From: a virus
Lineage: Duplodnaviria; Caudoviricetes
Strand: one strand, 5' to 3'
Virus record (IMG/VR): IMGVR_UViG_3300038379_000598
Coordinates: 1-25,585 of that record
DNA length: 25,585 nt
Part shown: positions 1 through 8,582 of the stretch, one piece after another
Position numbering within the stretch: position 1 is the first letter of the stretch
Layout of the letters: each line of letters starts with the position of its first letter
Made by a program: the position numbers and the translations under genes
Notes under the pieces: model-generated
What the model saw: the letters and a program-made list of their open reading frames with translations, nothing else
Database searches by the model: none
What the model was told of the DNA's origin: nothing

Positions 1-881
1 GTAGGATGCTTGAGGGCGTCGGCCGACAAACGAATCACCGATCCTTCCATCGAGCTGGTCCACACCGTTCCTGTCCCACTAATCGAAGCAGTTGCGCCAC
101 CGGAAGCATCCACGGTCGCTGTCCCAGTCTCATAGCGCTCCAGGGAGAAGGGGCGATGGCGCCGCTTGTAAACGAAGTCAATAGTCTTGGCCGAATCCGG
201 GTAGGGGAAAATGCGCAGACACATGCGCCCCGGCACGTCGGGGCTGCCCATCACCGTGTAGAATCGAGGCGTGTTGGAAAAACTGGTGATAAATCGATGG
301 ACGCGCAACCACTCCGAAGGATGAACGTACTCCATGCCATACCAGGAGATTTCGCTTAGCCCCTCGTGCATGGAAACAAAGTCTTCCGGCAGCAGATAAG
401 TGTCCTGGTAAAGTGTGTAGCTGGTCCCAGAAGAAATATCACTGACCGGGGTGAGTGTTGGATCAAGTGTCACTACACTGTTGCTAATGCGCCGATCCAC
501 TAGGTACACCACGTCACCAATGCGAATGTAAGCATTGGCTGCCCAGGTTGGCCAAGTTCCGGTGGTAAGCGTCAGCATTCTCTCGTAGGCGCCGCCAGTG
601 TAATCAAAGGCAATGGTGCCTGTGGAGTAAGGGGCATTGGTGGAGACCCTGCCGTGCATATAGAAGTACGACCAGTTGTGCGAATTCACCAACTCATCCG
701 CTGCTTCCCGGATGGCTCGGCGCACAACACGAGGAACTTGCTGTTCTACGTCAGCGCCTAGAAAATCGCGCAAATGCTCCACCATGTCCCACACCGTCAG
801 GCGATTGGTGTGCGACGAGGTCGTCCCGAACGCTGCCGGCGGAGTAATGGGAGTCAGATTGATTGTTTGGCTCGTTGCCAT
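1..881 (-). CDS. Putative head-tail adaptor / tail-tubular-like virion protein (3' end runs off the window; absent from the ORF track)
   Basis: The ATG at 881 overlaps the TAA of the upstream gene (TAATG). The frame stays open to the window edge: MATSQTINLTP...LTVWDMVEHLRDFLG...RAIREAADELVNSHNWSYFY...YLLPEDF...PRFYTV...LRIFPYPD...FVYKRR. The N-terminal helices, W-x-F/Y, LPxDF and I-F-P-x-P-D pattern resembles phage adaptor proteins. Confidence 0.65.
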   Translation of the reverse strand, partial: MATSQTINLTPITPPAAFGTTSSHTNRLTVWDMVEHLRDFLGADVEQQVPRVVRRAIREAADELVNSHNWSYFYMHGRVSTNAPYSTGTIAFDYTGGAYERMLTLTTGTWPTWAANAYIRIGDVVYLVDRRISNSVVTLDPTLTPVSDISSGTSYTLYQDTYLLPEDFVSMHEGLSEISWYGMEYVHPSEWLRVHRFITSFSNTPRFYTVMGSPDVPGRMCLRIFPYPDSAKTIDFVYKRRHRPFSLERYETGTATVDASGGATASISGTGTVWTSSMEGSVIRLSADALKHP

Positions 882-1465
882 TACGACACCGTGATAGTGG
901 TAGGATTGGTGCCGGAATAACCTTCTTCCTGCACCCAGGCGTAGTAAGTACCAGCGTCCAGGTAGAAGACCACCTGGCCGGCTGCATTGGTGAAGCCAGC
1001 AGCAACCACATTCGACCCTGCCGAGTCAGTGCTGACCCAGACATTGGCGCCGCTGATGGGAAGCGAAGTCACTGAATTGTTCACAGTAAAAGTGAACGCA
1101 ATGCTTCCTGCACCCGCTGGCGCTTGCTCCAAGGCAATCCTCATGCTTTCGCCAATGACTCCAGTGAATGTCACGCTTACTACGACTTGCGCAACCCCAG
1201 ACGCTACTGCGGCGTCTGGCAAATCCAAACGATACAATCCTGGGCACTTTGTAGAATCGATCTCAACAAAGCCACCGTCAGAGTGTGCCGCCGAAGCGGA
1301 TGCCAGGGTTGCAGGAGTTATGCTGGCGGCGGCCGCTCTGTTTCTCGTGTAGGAAATCTGGGCGCCAGCCGAGTTGTAGGCTAAGCCAGTGCGAGGCAAT
1401 CCTGTGGAAGAATCGCGCAGGCGGAAATACACCGTTTGATCAACAGCGCCAGGATTTATGCGCAT
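881..1465 (-). CDS. Phage structural protein with a C-terminal Ig/CnaB-like (carboxypeptidase-regulatory-like) beta-sandwich
   Basis: 194 aa, Ala/Ser/Thr/Gly-rich. The N-domain contains GGFVEID...PGLYRLDLPDAA. The C-terminal ISGANVWV...GFTNAAGQVVFYLDAGTYY is a typical CnaB/transthyretin-like pattern. The gene is coupled to its neighbours. Confidence 0.6.
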   Translation of the reverse strand: MRINPGAVDQTVYFRLRDSSTGLPRTGLAYNSAGAQISYTRNRAAAASITPATLASASAAHSDGGFVEIDSTKCPGLYRLDLPDAAVASGVAQVVVSVTFTGVIGESMRIALEQAPAGAGSIAFTFTVNNSVTSLPISGANVWVSTDSAGSNVVAAGFTNAAGQVVFYLDAGTYYAWVQEEGYSGTNPTTITVS

Positions 1466-1467
1466 AG

Positions 1468-1581
1468 CTAAAAACCGCCTTCATACATGCCGCCAGAAAT
1501 CATTAGGCCTTCCATGAGGGGAAGAGTGGTGCTAGAACCACCTCCGCCCATGCCAACCCCTGGAACAAGCAGCATCAACAT
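1468..1581 (-). CDS. 37-aa small protein (not in the ORF track)
   Basis: MLMLLVPGVGMGGGGSSTTLPLMEGLMISGGMYEGGF*. The ATG overlaps the LamG gene stop (TAATG at 1579-1583), and the TAG at 1468-1470 lies 2 nt before the next ATG, so the ORF fills the gap exactly. Confidence 0.6.
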   Translation of the reverse strand: MLMLLVPGVGMGGGGSSTTLPLMEGLMISGGMYEGGF

Positions 1582-2303
1582 TAGCCAACCCCCAGCAGTG
1601 CCAGCCGCCGCTTTACTCCGCCACTAGTAAATGGATACGCCAGTCCTGCGCCGCCCCCATAAAGCTCCGCCCGCTCCGACGAGGACAGCACGCGCTTCCA
1701 GAAGCCAACTTCGTCAATGCGACCATTGTGATAGTAGCCTGCGCCGCCGTCGTTGTTGCGCCCAATCTCGAATGCCTGGCTACCATCACGAACGCCAGTT
1801 GAGTGACTCGTCGTGTCGGCGGTGCCAGCGTTGACAGCGATCCCGATCTCGTTGTTGGCGGCGTCGTGCCAGCAGTGGACCAAATACCAAGTCGCCGTAG
1901 AGGGAGAGCCGAACGTATTCGCCACTACCGAGGCAGTGCCCGATATGCCATTGTCGCTAATGACAAACAGAAACCTGTCACTGGCGATGTCATAGATCAG
2001 GATGTATTCCAGGTTTGGCGAATTCCATTTGCCAATTCCCACATATTGACTTCCCGACTTGTCCGCGAGGTAGACCCACGCTTGCACGGTGAAATCAATG
2101 TCGCCAGTGGAGAGATCAGCATTATCAGCCCTGCTAAAATACTCGCTCGACGCCGATGCAAAGGAGCGCGCATTGCTGATGATCCCTGCCGCACTGGTGA
2201 CCGTGTTGTTGTCGGTCAGGTCATTGCTGCCGTGAGAGTCAAGCGCATTGCCGCTCGACTCATCCATCTTCCAGTAGGAAATTAGATTGTCAGTCAGCGC
2301 CAT
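1581..2303 (-). CDS. LamG / concanavalin-A-like jelly-roll domain virion protein
   Basis: 240 aa with LISYWKMDESSG, DFTVQAWVY, TWYLVHCW, FEIGR and HNGRIDEVGFWKRVLSSSERAELY, the classical LamG-3 motif set. Confidence 0.88.
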   Translation of the reverse strand: MALTDNLISYWKMDESSGNALDSHGSNDLTDNNTVTSAAGIISNARSFASASSEYFSRADNADLSTGDIDFTVQAWVYLADKSGSQYVGIGKWNSPNLEYILIYDIASDRFLFVISDNGISGTASVVANTFGSPSTATWYLVHCWHDAANNEIGIAVNAGTADTTSHSTGVRDGSQAFEIGRNNDGGAGYYHNGRIDEVGFWKRVLSSSERAELYGGGAGLAYPFTSGGVKRRLALLGVG

Positions 2304-2305
2304 TA

Positions 2306-2575
2306 CTAGCCCACACGGGAGATCAAGTTGTTCACCGCTGCCACATTGAGCGCCGTACTGACGTTGGTTAGCATAGTGGCCACGCCTGCACCAACCCCAG
2401 CTTGCAGGCCGAATTGCTGCTCGAAAAGAGCGTGATTCACCCCGTCAATTTGGGTGGCAGCAATTGCCATGATCTCATCGGATTGCTCACGCGCTTCGCG
2501 CAACACTTCCACAAATCGGCGCAGCTTTGCGCCGTGCCGTGTACTGGTATTCACATCAATGAAGGTCACTGGCAT
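2306..2575 (-). CDS. Hypothetical phage protein (89 aa)
   Basis: Fits the operon with 2-7 nt gaps, has an upstream AGGTGG SD-like sequence and a helical composition. Confidence 0.65.
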   Translation of the reverse strand: MPVTFIDVNTSTRHGAKLRRFVEVLREAREQSDEIMAIAATQIDGVNHALFEQQFGLQAGVGAGVATMLTNVSTALNVAAVNNLISRVG

Positions 2576-2582
2576 AAGCCAC

Positions 2583-4673
2583 CTACTTGTAAAACAGGTT
2601 CACAATGATTTCGTTCGCCGCCACTGCTCCAGTATCGCTATCGGCGGCTCCCGTAGTGAGAGCCAGAGCAATGCCAGTCCCAAAAGCAATGCCGTGAGTG
2701 AACTCTACGTTAGCACCGCCACTGCCAGGAATGCAAATTGTCAGAACTGGAGTGTCGGTTCCCACTGTTGGAGCGGTGGCCTTGTTGTACAGCTTCAAAT
2801 AGCGCGCGCTGGTGTTTGTATTGGAAAGATACCAGCCATACACCTGGCCGGCCGAACCCTTTACGGAAGTCGCATTAGTAGAAGCAGCCGAGATTGTCCG
2901 GCTGATTGTATGGCCGCCGGATGTCTGTGCTGTCGGCACTATGCGGATACATCGGTCAAGCGTCATGCGCGCTATGCCAACGTCGCCTTCGTCAACGCTA
3001 TCGGTGGATGTGTCATCAGCGAAAAAGCCCATGGCATACACTTTCGACGTGCCAGCCGTAAACGCGGCATCGTCGGAGAACACCGGATCGTCGATCAACT
3101 GAAGCGCCGCAAGTGCGCTGCCATCCACCTGGACCGCGAACGTCCCGGCGTTGGTGACGGCGTGCGAGCCGACCGTCACCGTGTTGCCCACATTGACGTG
3201 AAGTCTGCCGGACGAATCGCAAATCAGACCGCAATAATCTCCATTCGTGTCAGCCGTCTGTGCCGCTGTGTCGCTTCGCACAGCCAGTACAAAGACGCCA
3301 GTGTCTCCAGTGGAGTGTGCTGCATCCTCGGCCTTGCCAAGATGGCCAGCTGATGTTCCAGGGGTGACGCTTGTTCCTATGGCTGCGACCGTACTCACTG
3401 TGGTCACAGTGGCAATGTTCCAGGTTCCCGATTGGGTGACAGCATGAGAATCACATGCCACATAAAGACGGCCATTGGAGTCCACATTGATGGTGGCCCG
3501 ATCGCCGTCAGCTGAAGTTCCACTGGTAGGAGAGTCACGCCGCACTGCCCCGGCCAGCGTCAACTTGTCGCCCGAAGAGTGCGCCGTGTCTTCGTCGTAC
3601 TGCGTACCGCCGCCTACGGACAACTCCACTCCGCCGGAGTCGTAAAGTGTGACCTTGAGTTGGCGATTGGCCAACATGCCAATCACGCCGACATCGCCAG
3701 AGTCCACCGAGTCGGAAGTGACAAAGCCCATGATCGGCGTGCCACTTCCAGATGCTGCTGTAAATGCAGCATCGTCCGTTGCGCTGGTTCCTCCCGTGCC
3801 GCCTCCTGCCACTACATTGACTCGCAAATTGCCAGAGGAGTCCACCTGCAAGGGCGAATAGTCTCCATCAGTCCCAGCAATTGCCGCTCCAGAATCTTTT
3901 CGGACCACTAAGGCCATGACGCCTTTGTCGCCCGACGAGTGCGCTGCGTCCTCAGAGAGTACAATGTCGTCGATCAACTGGAGGGCTGTTAGCGCGCCGC
4001 CGGACTCCTGCACGGCAAACGTGCCGCCGTTGTCCACCGTGATTGAGCTGCCGCCATCGCTTACCGACACCGTGTTGCCGACATTGCACCACAGCCTCCC
4101 GGAAGCATCCACATTCAACGTGGAATAGTCTCCATCAGCACTGGAGCCAACTGCCGCAGCGTCGCGCCGGACGGCGAGGACCATGATGCCAATGTCGCCC
4201 GTAGAATGGCCGGTGTCTTCCGCAAAAGTGACATCTTCAATGTGCTGATCGTGAACGTACAACTCGCCGAGGGAGTTGACCTTGAGCGAAGCGTAATCGC
4301 CATCAGCGGAAACCAGGGAAGAGTTCGCATCATTGCGCACTGCCAAGGCCATTACGCCCTTGTCGCCAGAAGAATGCGCTGCATCTTCGACAAGAACAAT
4401 GTCATCAATCGTTTGAAGTGAAGCAACGGCCGGATCGTCGCTGGCCAATGTCGTGCGCAGCACGCCAGCTGCGACTGCACCGGCGCCACCGACAAGGACA
4501 GTAGTTCCGATGTGCAAATTGACCGGCACGCCAGCGGTTCCAGTCACCAGCGTCTTGGAGCCGCCATCCGAGCCTGTCACAAGCTGGACCAGCTGGTACT
4601 TGACACCGCCCACGTCATCCGCGGCAACAGTGTCGCCTCCACTGCCAGCATTTAGAACTACATTGTCAGCCAT
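2583..4673 (-). CDS. Repeat-rich virion protein (tail fibre/whisker-like) with seven ~45-aa internal repeats
   Basis: 696 aa, rich in D/G/S/T/A. It has five copies of ED(A/T)xHS(S/T)GD...AVRxD...(D/N)GD(Y/R)..(L/I).V(D/N)..G.L and two variant DDAAFTA...DSVD.GDVG copies. The C-terminal domain reads TNATSVKGSAGQVYGWYLSN...YLKLYNKATAPTVGTDTP...GIAF.TGI. It lies in the tail-region context. Confidence 0.7.
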   Translation of the reverse strand: MADNVVLNAGSGGDTVAADDVGGVKYQLVQLVTGSDGGSKTLVTGTAGVPVNLHIGTTVLVGGAGAVAAGVLRTTLASDDPAVASLQTIDDIVLVEDAAHSSGDKGVMALAVRNDANSSLVSADGDYASLKVNSLGELYVHDQHIEDVTFAEDTGHSTGDIGIMVLAVRRDAAAVGSSADGDYSTLNVDASGRLWCNVGNTVSVSDGGSSITVDNGGTFAVQESGGALTALQLIDDIVLSEDAAHSSGDKGVMALVVRKDSGAAIAGTDGDYSPLQVDSSGNLRVNVVAGGGTGGTSATDDAAFTAASGSGTPIMGFVTSDSVDSGDVGVIGMLANRQLKVTLYDSGGVELSVGGGTQYDEDTAHSSGDKLTLAGAVRRDSPTSGTSADGDRATINVDSNGRLYVACDSHAVTQSGTWNIATVTTVSTVAAIGTSVTPGTSAGHLGKAEDAAHSTGDTGVFVLAVRSDTAAQTADTNGDYCGLICDSSGRLHVNVGNTVTVGSHAVTNAGTFAVQVDGSALAALQLIDDPVFSDDAAFTAGTSKVYAMGFFADDTSTDSVDEGDVGIARMTLDRCIRIVPTAQTSGGHTISRTISAASTNATSVKGSAGQVYGWYLSNTNTSARYLKLYNKATAPTVGTDTPVLTICIPGSGGANVEFTHGIAFGTGIALALTTGAADSDTGAVAANEIIVNLFYK

Positions 4674-4683
4674 TCTTTTTTCC

Positions 4684-7173
4684 CTACACTCTTGCTACCA
4701 ATCCATCGATCCCAAATCCCAAGCCATCAACAGCGCTTACCGGTGCCAACTCTGAACAGATACAGACCGGGCGCCAAGGGTAAGCATACACTCCCGCAGG
4801 AAACTGAGCAGTTCCTGTCGGTCGATACACAAACACGGCGGTTGGATTGTCAGGCACGCCGAGGTAAAGATTCCATTCCCACTGGTCGTGAAGCTGCTGA
4901 TTCGTCAGACCTGCCGGCGGACCACTTCCTACGCCTGGAGGCGGCAGCGACTTCGGGACGTAACTTGCCCGCTGCTCGCGGTAGTAGACTCGGAAATCGT
5001 CCCCTGTAACTCCATTGTGCTGGTAAGCGTAGAGTTGATCCGGCACGAGCACGTTCGGGTCATACTGAAACTGACCGTCCATGCAAACCGCACGAATACG
5101 AGTTGGCGTCGGGCCGTATCGCACATTGCGAAGAACCACGGTGCGCGGCACGTGAAACGCCATCACGCCAGAGCCAGCTATCGGAGTGAACCAGTTCACT
5201 CCTACTTCTGGTCCGTACAGCTCGGCATTCTCCACCGTGAACGAACTGGCAACGAATCGCGCCGGCTCCGGATCGGGAATGGTCAGGTCAACAAAATCGC
5301 GGCGTCCCACCGTGTTGGGAATCGAGACACACGGACTGTGTCCGACTAAGCGCAAATTGCGAACAATCTGGTTGTGCGTCGAATAGTCGCCAAAGTCCCA
5401 GCCGTGCGCCGGATTGTGGCTTAGATTCGTTTCCGCAATCACGCCGTCATACTCTGCATTCTCGTTCTGGTAGCCGTTGTAGACGCCTGCTCCGCCAGCT
5501 ATTCGCAGACTCGACAATCTGCCGAGATTCGCAGTTTCCCACGGAACGTGAATCTGCCCACACATGACTGCAAAAACTTCTCTGAGTTCCTGTATCGGCA
5601 CGTTGCCGCCGCCGATATGCTCAACAGCAGCGAACGTGCAGTTGCGCGCTTCAATAAAGCGGACAAGATTTTCACGCGACCAGAACTGGTAGCCGCTGCC
5701 GCCATTCCATTCGCGAGGCTGCCCGCTTCCCACTACGCAAATGGCGTAACACAATTCCAGGATATTGTCCCGCGCATCAACATCCTCGAATACAAACGCA
5801 GAGCCTGACCAATTGAAAGCAACGACATTGGTTACTTCAAACCCTTCGGACGCATGGATAGTAACTGGCCAGGTCACGCCATCCGCGCCTCGCGGCCCGT
5901 CGTCCCAGACGGAAATATTGTCAAGAATCCTGCTCTTGTTTTCTTGCGTATATGGTCCGCAATGGTGGATATGCAGCGCGTAGCGCCCAGCCCGATTCGT
6001 CACCTCGTCGCGTGCCCACATCTTGGTGCGGCCAAGATTGCGAAGCTCCGCGCCTTGAACATCGACATCAACATCGTGGCCAACAATCATCACATGGCCG
6101 CGCTTTAGACGCGATTCGCTTTCCAGGACCACCGGGTGCGACAGCATCACCACTGTGCAAGGCTGGCCCATGACCGCATGATGACTGAATTGCAGCGGAG
6201 ATTGCAGATAAACTACATTGCCGCCCAAGCCCGCAATCGTTGCAACCTCCACGCCATTTGTTAAGTCGCCATCCCATGCCTGTTCAGATGGCTGCGGCGA
6301 GCCAGAGATACCAATTTTGTCCCCAACCTGCCAATTGACCGGATCGCGTTCCAGTGTTAGAGAAGAACCACCGACAATTGCAGGCAATCCCAGGGGGATC
6401 GACGAGTCTTTTATGGCGCATTCCGTTTCCCATTTGCCAAGCGACACAAATCCCACAGTAATCTGGTCTTCGTCCCAGGGGTCAACTGCAAGGATTTTTA
6501 GCTTGGCTATCGCCCCTTGGTTGTAGCAGCCGCGATTCAACAGGTACGCCGTCTGAAGAGTGGAAAGCAAAAATGGATGATGCTTCAGTTCAGCACCCGG
6601 CTCGATCTCTACCGACAAAACTCGATTCGTAATCCCTTCGACAGTCACCACATGCTGTGCTGCAATGCGCACCTTCTCATTGGTGCCAGGAGAACCAGGA
6701 GGAGACCAAATGTTTGGATTTCCCCAATCGCCACTTTGCACACTCACCTTGTCCACAACAGCAAATCGCGGAATCCGCGTGTGGCCCAGGTCAATGTAAT
6801 CACTGGCCGGATCGGGTGGAGGCGGGTTCGGCGGGTGGACATGCTCCACATGGACATGGATGGCATCCGAAGCAACTAGCCGTGTCGCCGATGAGTCCTG
6901 CACGGTCAACAACGCGGTGTAATCTCCATTCTGGTAACTGTGCGATGCCAATGCGCCAAACTGCCCGTCGCCATAGTCGAAGAACAGCGTATACGGCGGC
7001 GTGCCACCAGCAATTACAGGCGCGAACGTGACGACATGCTCCGAGCTGGAAATGTCCGCCCCCAAATCCACCGACAGAGAGCCAGGCTGTGGAGGCGGAG
7101 GAGGATCGCCCATCTTTTCAATGGTGATCCGGTATCTTCCCACTTCCGTTGCGTCGAAGAAAAATTCGCCCAT
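4684..7173 (-). CDS. PKD + G8 domain + right-handed beta-helix protein; candidate receptor-binding protein or depolymerase
   Basis: The start is placed at ATG 7173, after GGAGGAG. PKD motif: PPYTLFFDYGDG...ASHSY.NGDYTALLTVQDS. Pro-rich linkers are present. G8-like start: SVQSGDWGNPNIWS..PG...V.I...HVVT. These are followed by RGHVM, LGRT, GRYALHIHHCG and VTIHAS, motifs typical of G8/CEMIP-PKHD1-like beta-helix proteins. Confidence 0.72.
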   Translation of the reverse strand: MGEFFFDATEVGRYRITIEKMGDPPPPPQPGSLSVDLGADISSSEHVVTFAPVIAGGTPPYTLFFDYGDGQFGALASHSYQNGDYTALLTVQDSSATRLVASDAIHVHVEHVHPPNPPPPDPASDYIDLGHTRIPRFAVVDKVSVQSGDWGNPNIWSPPGSPGTNEKVRIAAQHVVTVEGITNRVLSVEIEPGAELKHHPFLLSTLQTAYLLNRGCYNQGAIAKLKILAVDPWDEDQITVGFVSLGKWETECAIKDSSIPLGLPAIVGGSSLTLERDPVNWQVGDKIGISGSPQPSEQAWDGDLTNGVEVATIAGLGGNVVYLQSPLQFSHHAVMGQPCTVVMLSHPVVLESESRLKRGHVMIVGHDVDVDVQGAELRNLGRTKMWARDEVTNRAGRYALHIHHCGPYTQENKSRILDNISVWDDGPRGADGVTWPVTIHASEGFEVTNVVAFNWSGSAFVFEDVDARDNILELCYAICVVGSGQPREWNGGSGYQFWSRENLVRFIEARNCTFAAVEHIGGGNVPIQELREVFAVMCGQIHVPWETANLGRLSSLRIAGGAGVYNGYQNENAEYDGVIAETNLSHNPAHGWDFGDYSTHNQIVRNLRLVGHSPCVSIPNTVGRRDFVDLTIPDPEPARFVASSFTVENAELYGPEVGVNWFTPIAGSGVMAFHVPRTVVLRNVRYGPTPTRIRAVCMDGQFQYDPNVLVPDQLYAYQHNGVTGDDFRVYYREQRASYVPKSLPPPGVGSGPPAGLTNQQLHDQWEWNLYLGVPDNPTAVFVYRPTGTAQFPAGVYAYPWRPVCICSELAPVSAVDGLGFGIDGLVARV

Positions 7174-7199
7174 TACAATCTCCTCCACTAGCTACGTGC

Positions 7200-7376
7200 C
7201 TAGTTGCAAATCATGCTGCGAACAGCGGCAAATAGCGCCATGTTTCCAAGCAAAACCAGCAAGAAAAACAGCCAGTCCATCTGTGTCGATCTCATGGCAT
7301 GGCAAACAGCCAGGAAAAACGAAGCCATTGTCGCAACGAGAAAAAACAACAGCGAAAAAGTCACTGCCAATTTCAT
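7200..7376 (-). CDS. Small two-TM membrane protein (58 aa; possible holin-like)
   Basis: ATG 7376 follows AAGGGA. There are two hydrophobic stretches: LAVTFSLLFFLVATMASFFLAVC and WLFFLLVLLGNMALFAAV. Confidence 0.55.
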   Translation of the reverse strand: MKLAVTFSLLFFLVATMASFFLAVCHAMRSTQMDWLFFLLVLLGNMALFAAVRSMICN

Positions 7377-7387
7377 GAAAAATCCCT

Positions 7388-7909
7388 TTACTCTTTGACC
7401 CAATGTGGCTTGATTTTCTTGCGGACCTTGTGCCTCACCTCTTGGCGATCCTCTTCCAAAAGGGCAGGATTCTTTGCCGTCTCTTCAGCTACCACCCGGT
7501 CAATGATATGCTCGGCCACGCCAACCTCCTGTGGAGGCTCCGGCAATGGAACCGGCTTTACATTGACTATGCCTTCGCACGCCCAGCCACGCGACTGGAC
7601 CACCCTCTGAACATCGGAACGATCAGACACCCATGCTTCTGGATCGCCAGGAAACCTCGCCAGCCCGGACAGGTAGCGCTTGCCAGTGACGTTGACATTG
7701 GCTGCTTCAGCAGCTTTCTTGTAGGCGTCCCCAACGTGTGGAGTCTTTTCAAACTGGTTCCACTTGCCACGCCAGAACTCGCGATCGCTCCGGGAAGACG
7801 GGGGGCTTTGCAAAGCCAGCATCTCTGCCAGCCGATCCGAAACACCATCGGCAAGCATGGCTTCGTAAGCCGCCTGGATTTCTGGGTCAGGACTAATCAT
7901 TTCCGGCAT
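7388..7909 (-). CDS. Hypothetical phage protein (173 aa)
   Basis: The likely start is ATG 7909 (MPEMISPDPEIQAAYEAM...) after AAGGA. The track's longer N-terminus overlaps the methyltransferase gene. Confidence 0.7.
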   Translation of the reverse strand: MPEMISPDPEIQAAYEAMLADGVSDRLAEMLALQSPPSSRSDREFWRGKWNQFEKTPHVGDAYKKAAEAANVNVTGKRYLSGLARFPGDPEAWVSDRSDVQRVVQSRGWACEGIVNVKPVPLPEPPQEVGVAEHIIDRVVAEETAKNPALLEEDRQEVRHKVRKKIKPHWVKE

Positions 7910-8579
7910 CGGGCTTTGTCCTTTTTCCGTAAAACATGCCCACCAACTCCGGGTGGGTGTTCGATGGGGACAGTTCAGCAAAGAACCCATTGGATTCCAA
8001 AAGAGTACGCACGTCCGCTTCGGTTCTACTGCCCAATCCATCCACTTTCATTTCCAAATGGTACTCGCCTACGATCTCCTCGACCCGGTTAAGCAATCGA
8101 CTGCTGTACAAAATTGGAAATTCTGATCCCTCACAATCCAACTTCAAAAGCCGCACTCTGGGGTGCATCTTCAAAATGTCATCTAGGCCAATTTGGTCCA
8201 CGCTGCGACCATTGCCTAAAGGAGTAATGTGATGCTGGGCCGTCCAGGGGCGGCAGTCACGCAGACGAATCTGCTCCTTGGTTCCAGACTTCCACACCGC
8301 CATTGGCACAACAATCGATCTCTTCTTGTAAGACTTCAAATTCTCGCGAAGCAGCCGGACATTTTCCGGGTGAGGCTCGCAAGAGTACACCAGGGCGGCG
8401 CCACGATTCAAGCAAGCCACAGAGAACGAACCAATGTGAGCGCCCACGTCTATCACCACATCCTTGTCGCCAAACTTCTCTGGAAGACGGTAGGAGTTTT
8501 CCACAAACACTTCCTTGACTACCAAGTCTTCTTGCAACGATCCTCCTGTGCGAATACCAAATGGCTGAACCAAGACCAT
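7893..8579 (-). CDS. FkbM-family SAM-dependent methyltransferase
   Basis: Motifs VVIDVGAHIGSFS, VYSCEPHPEN, LLKLDCEGSEFPIL and IVGEYH are diagnostic of FkbM/Methyltransf_21. Confidence 0.9.
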   Translation of the reverse strand: MVLVQPFGIRTGGSLQEDLVVKEVFVENSYRLPEKFGDKDVVIDVGAHIGSFSVACLNRGAALVYSCEPHPENVRLLRENLKSYKKRSIVVPMAVWKSGTKEQIRLRDCRPWTAQHHITPLGNGRSVDQIGLDDILKMHPRVRLLKLDCEGSEFPILYSSRLLNRVEEIVGEYHLEMKVDGLGSRTEADVRTLLESNGFFAELSPSNTHPELVGMFYGKRTKPDAGND

Positions 8580-8582
8580 CTC

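Noticed and set aside
2583-4673. Diversity-generating retroelement TR/VR pair
   Set aside because: The repeats are diverged in-frame protein repeats without adenine-specific differences, and no reverse transcriptase is present.
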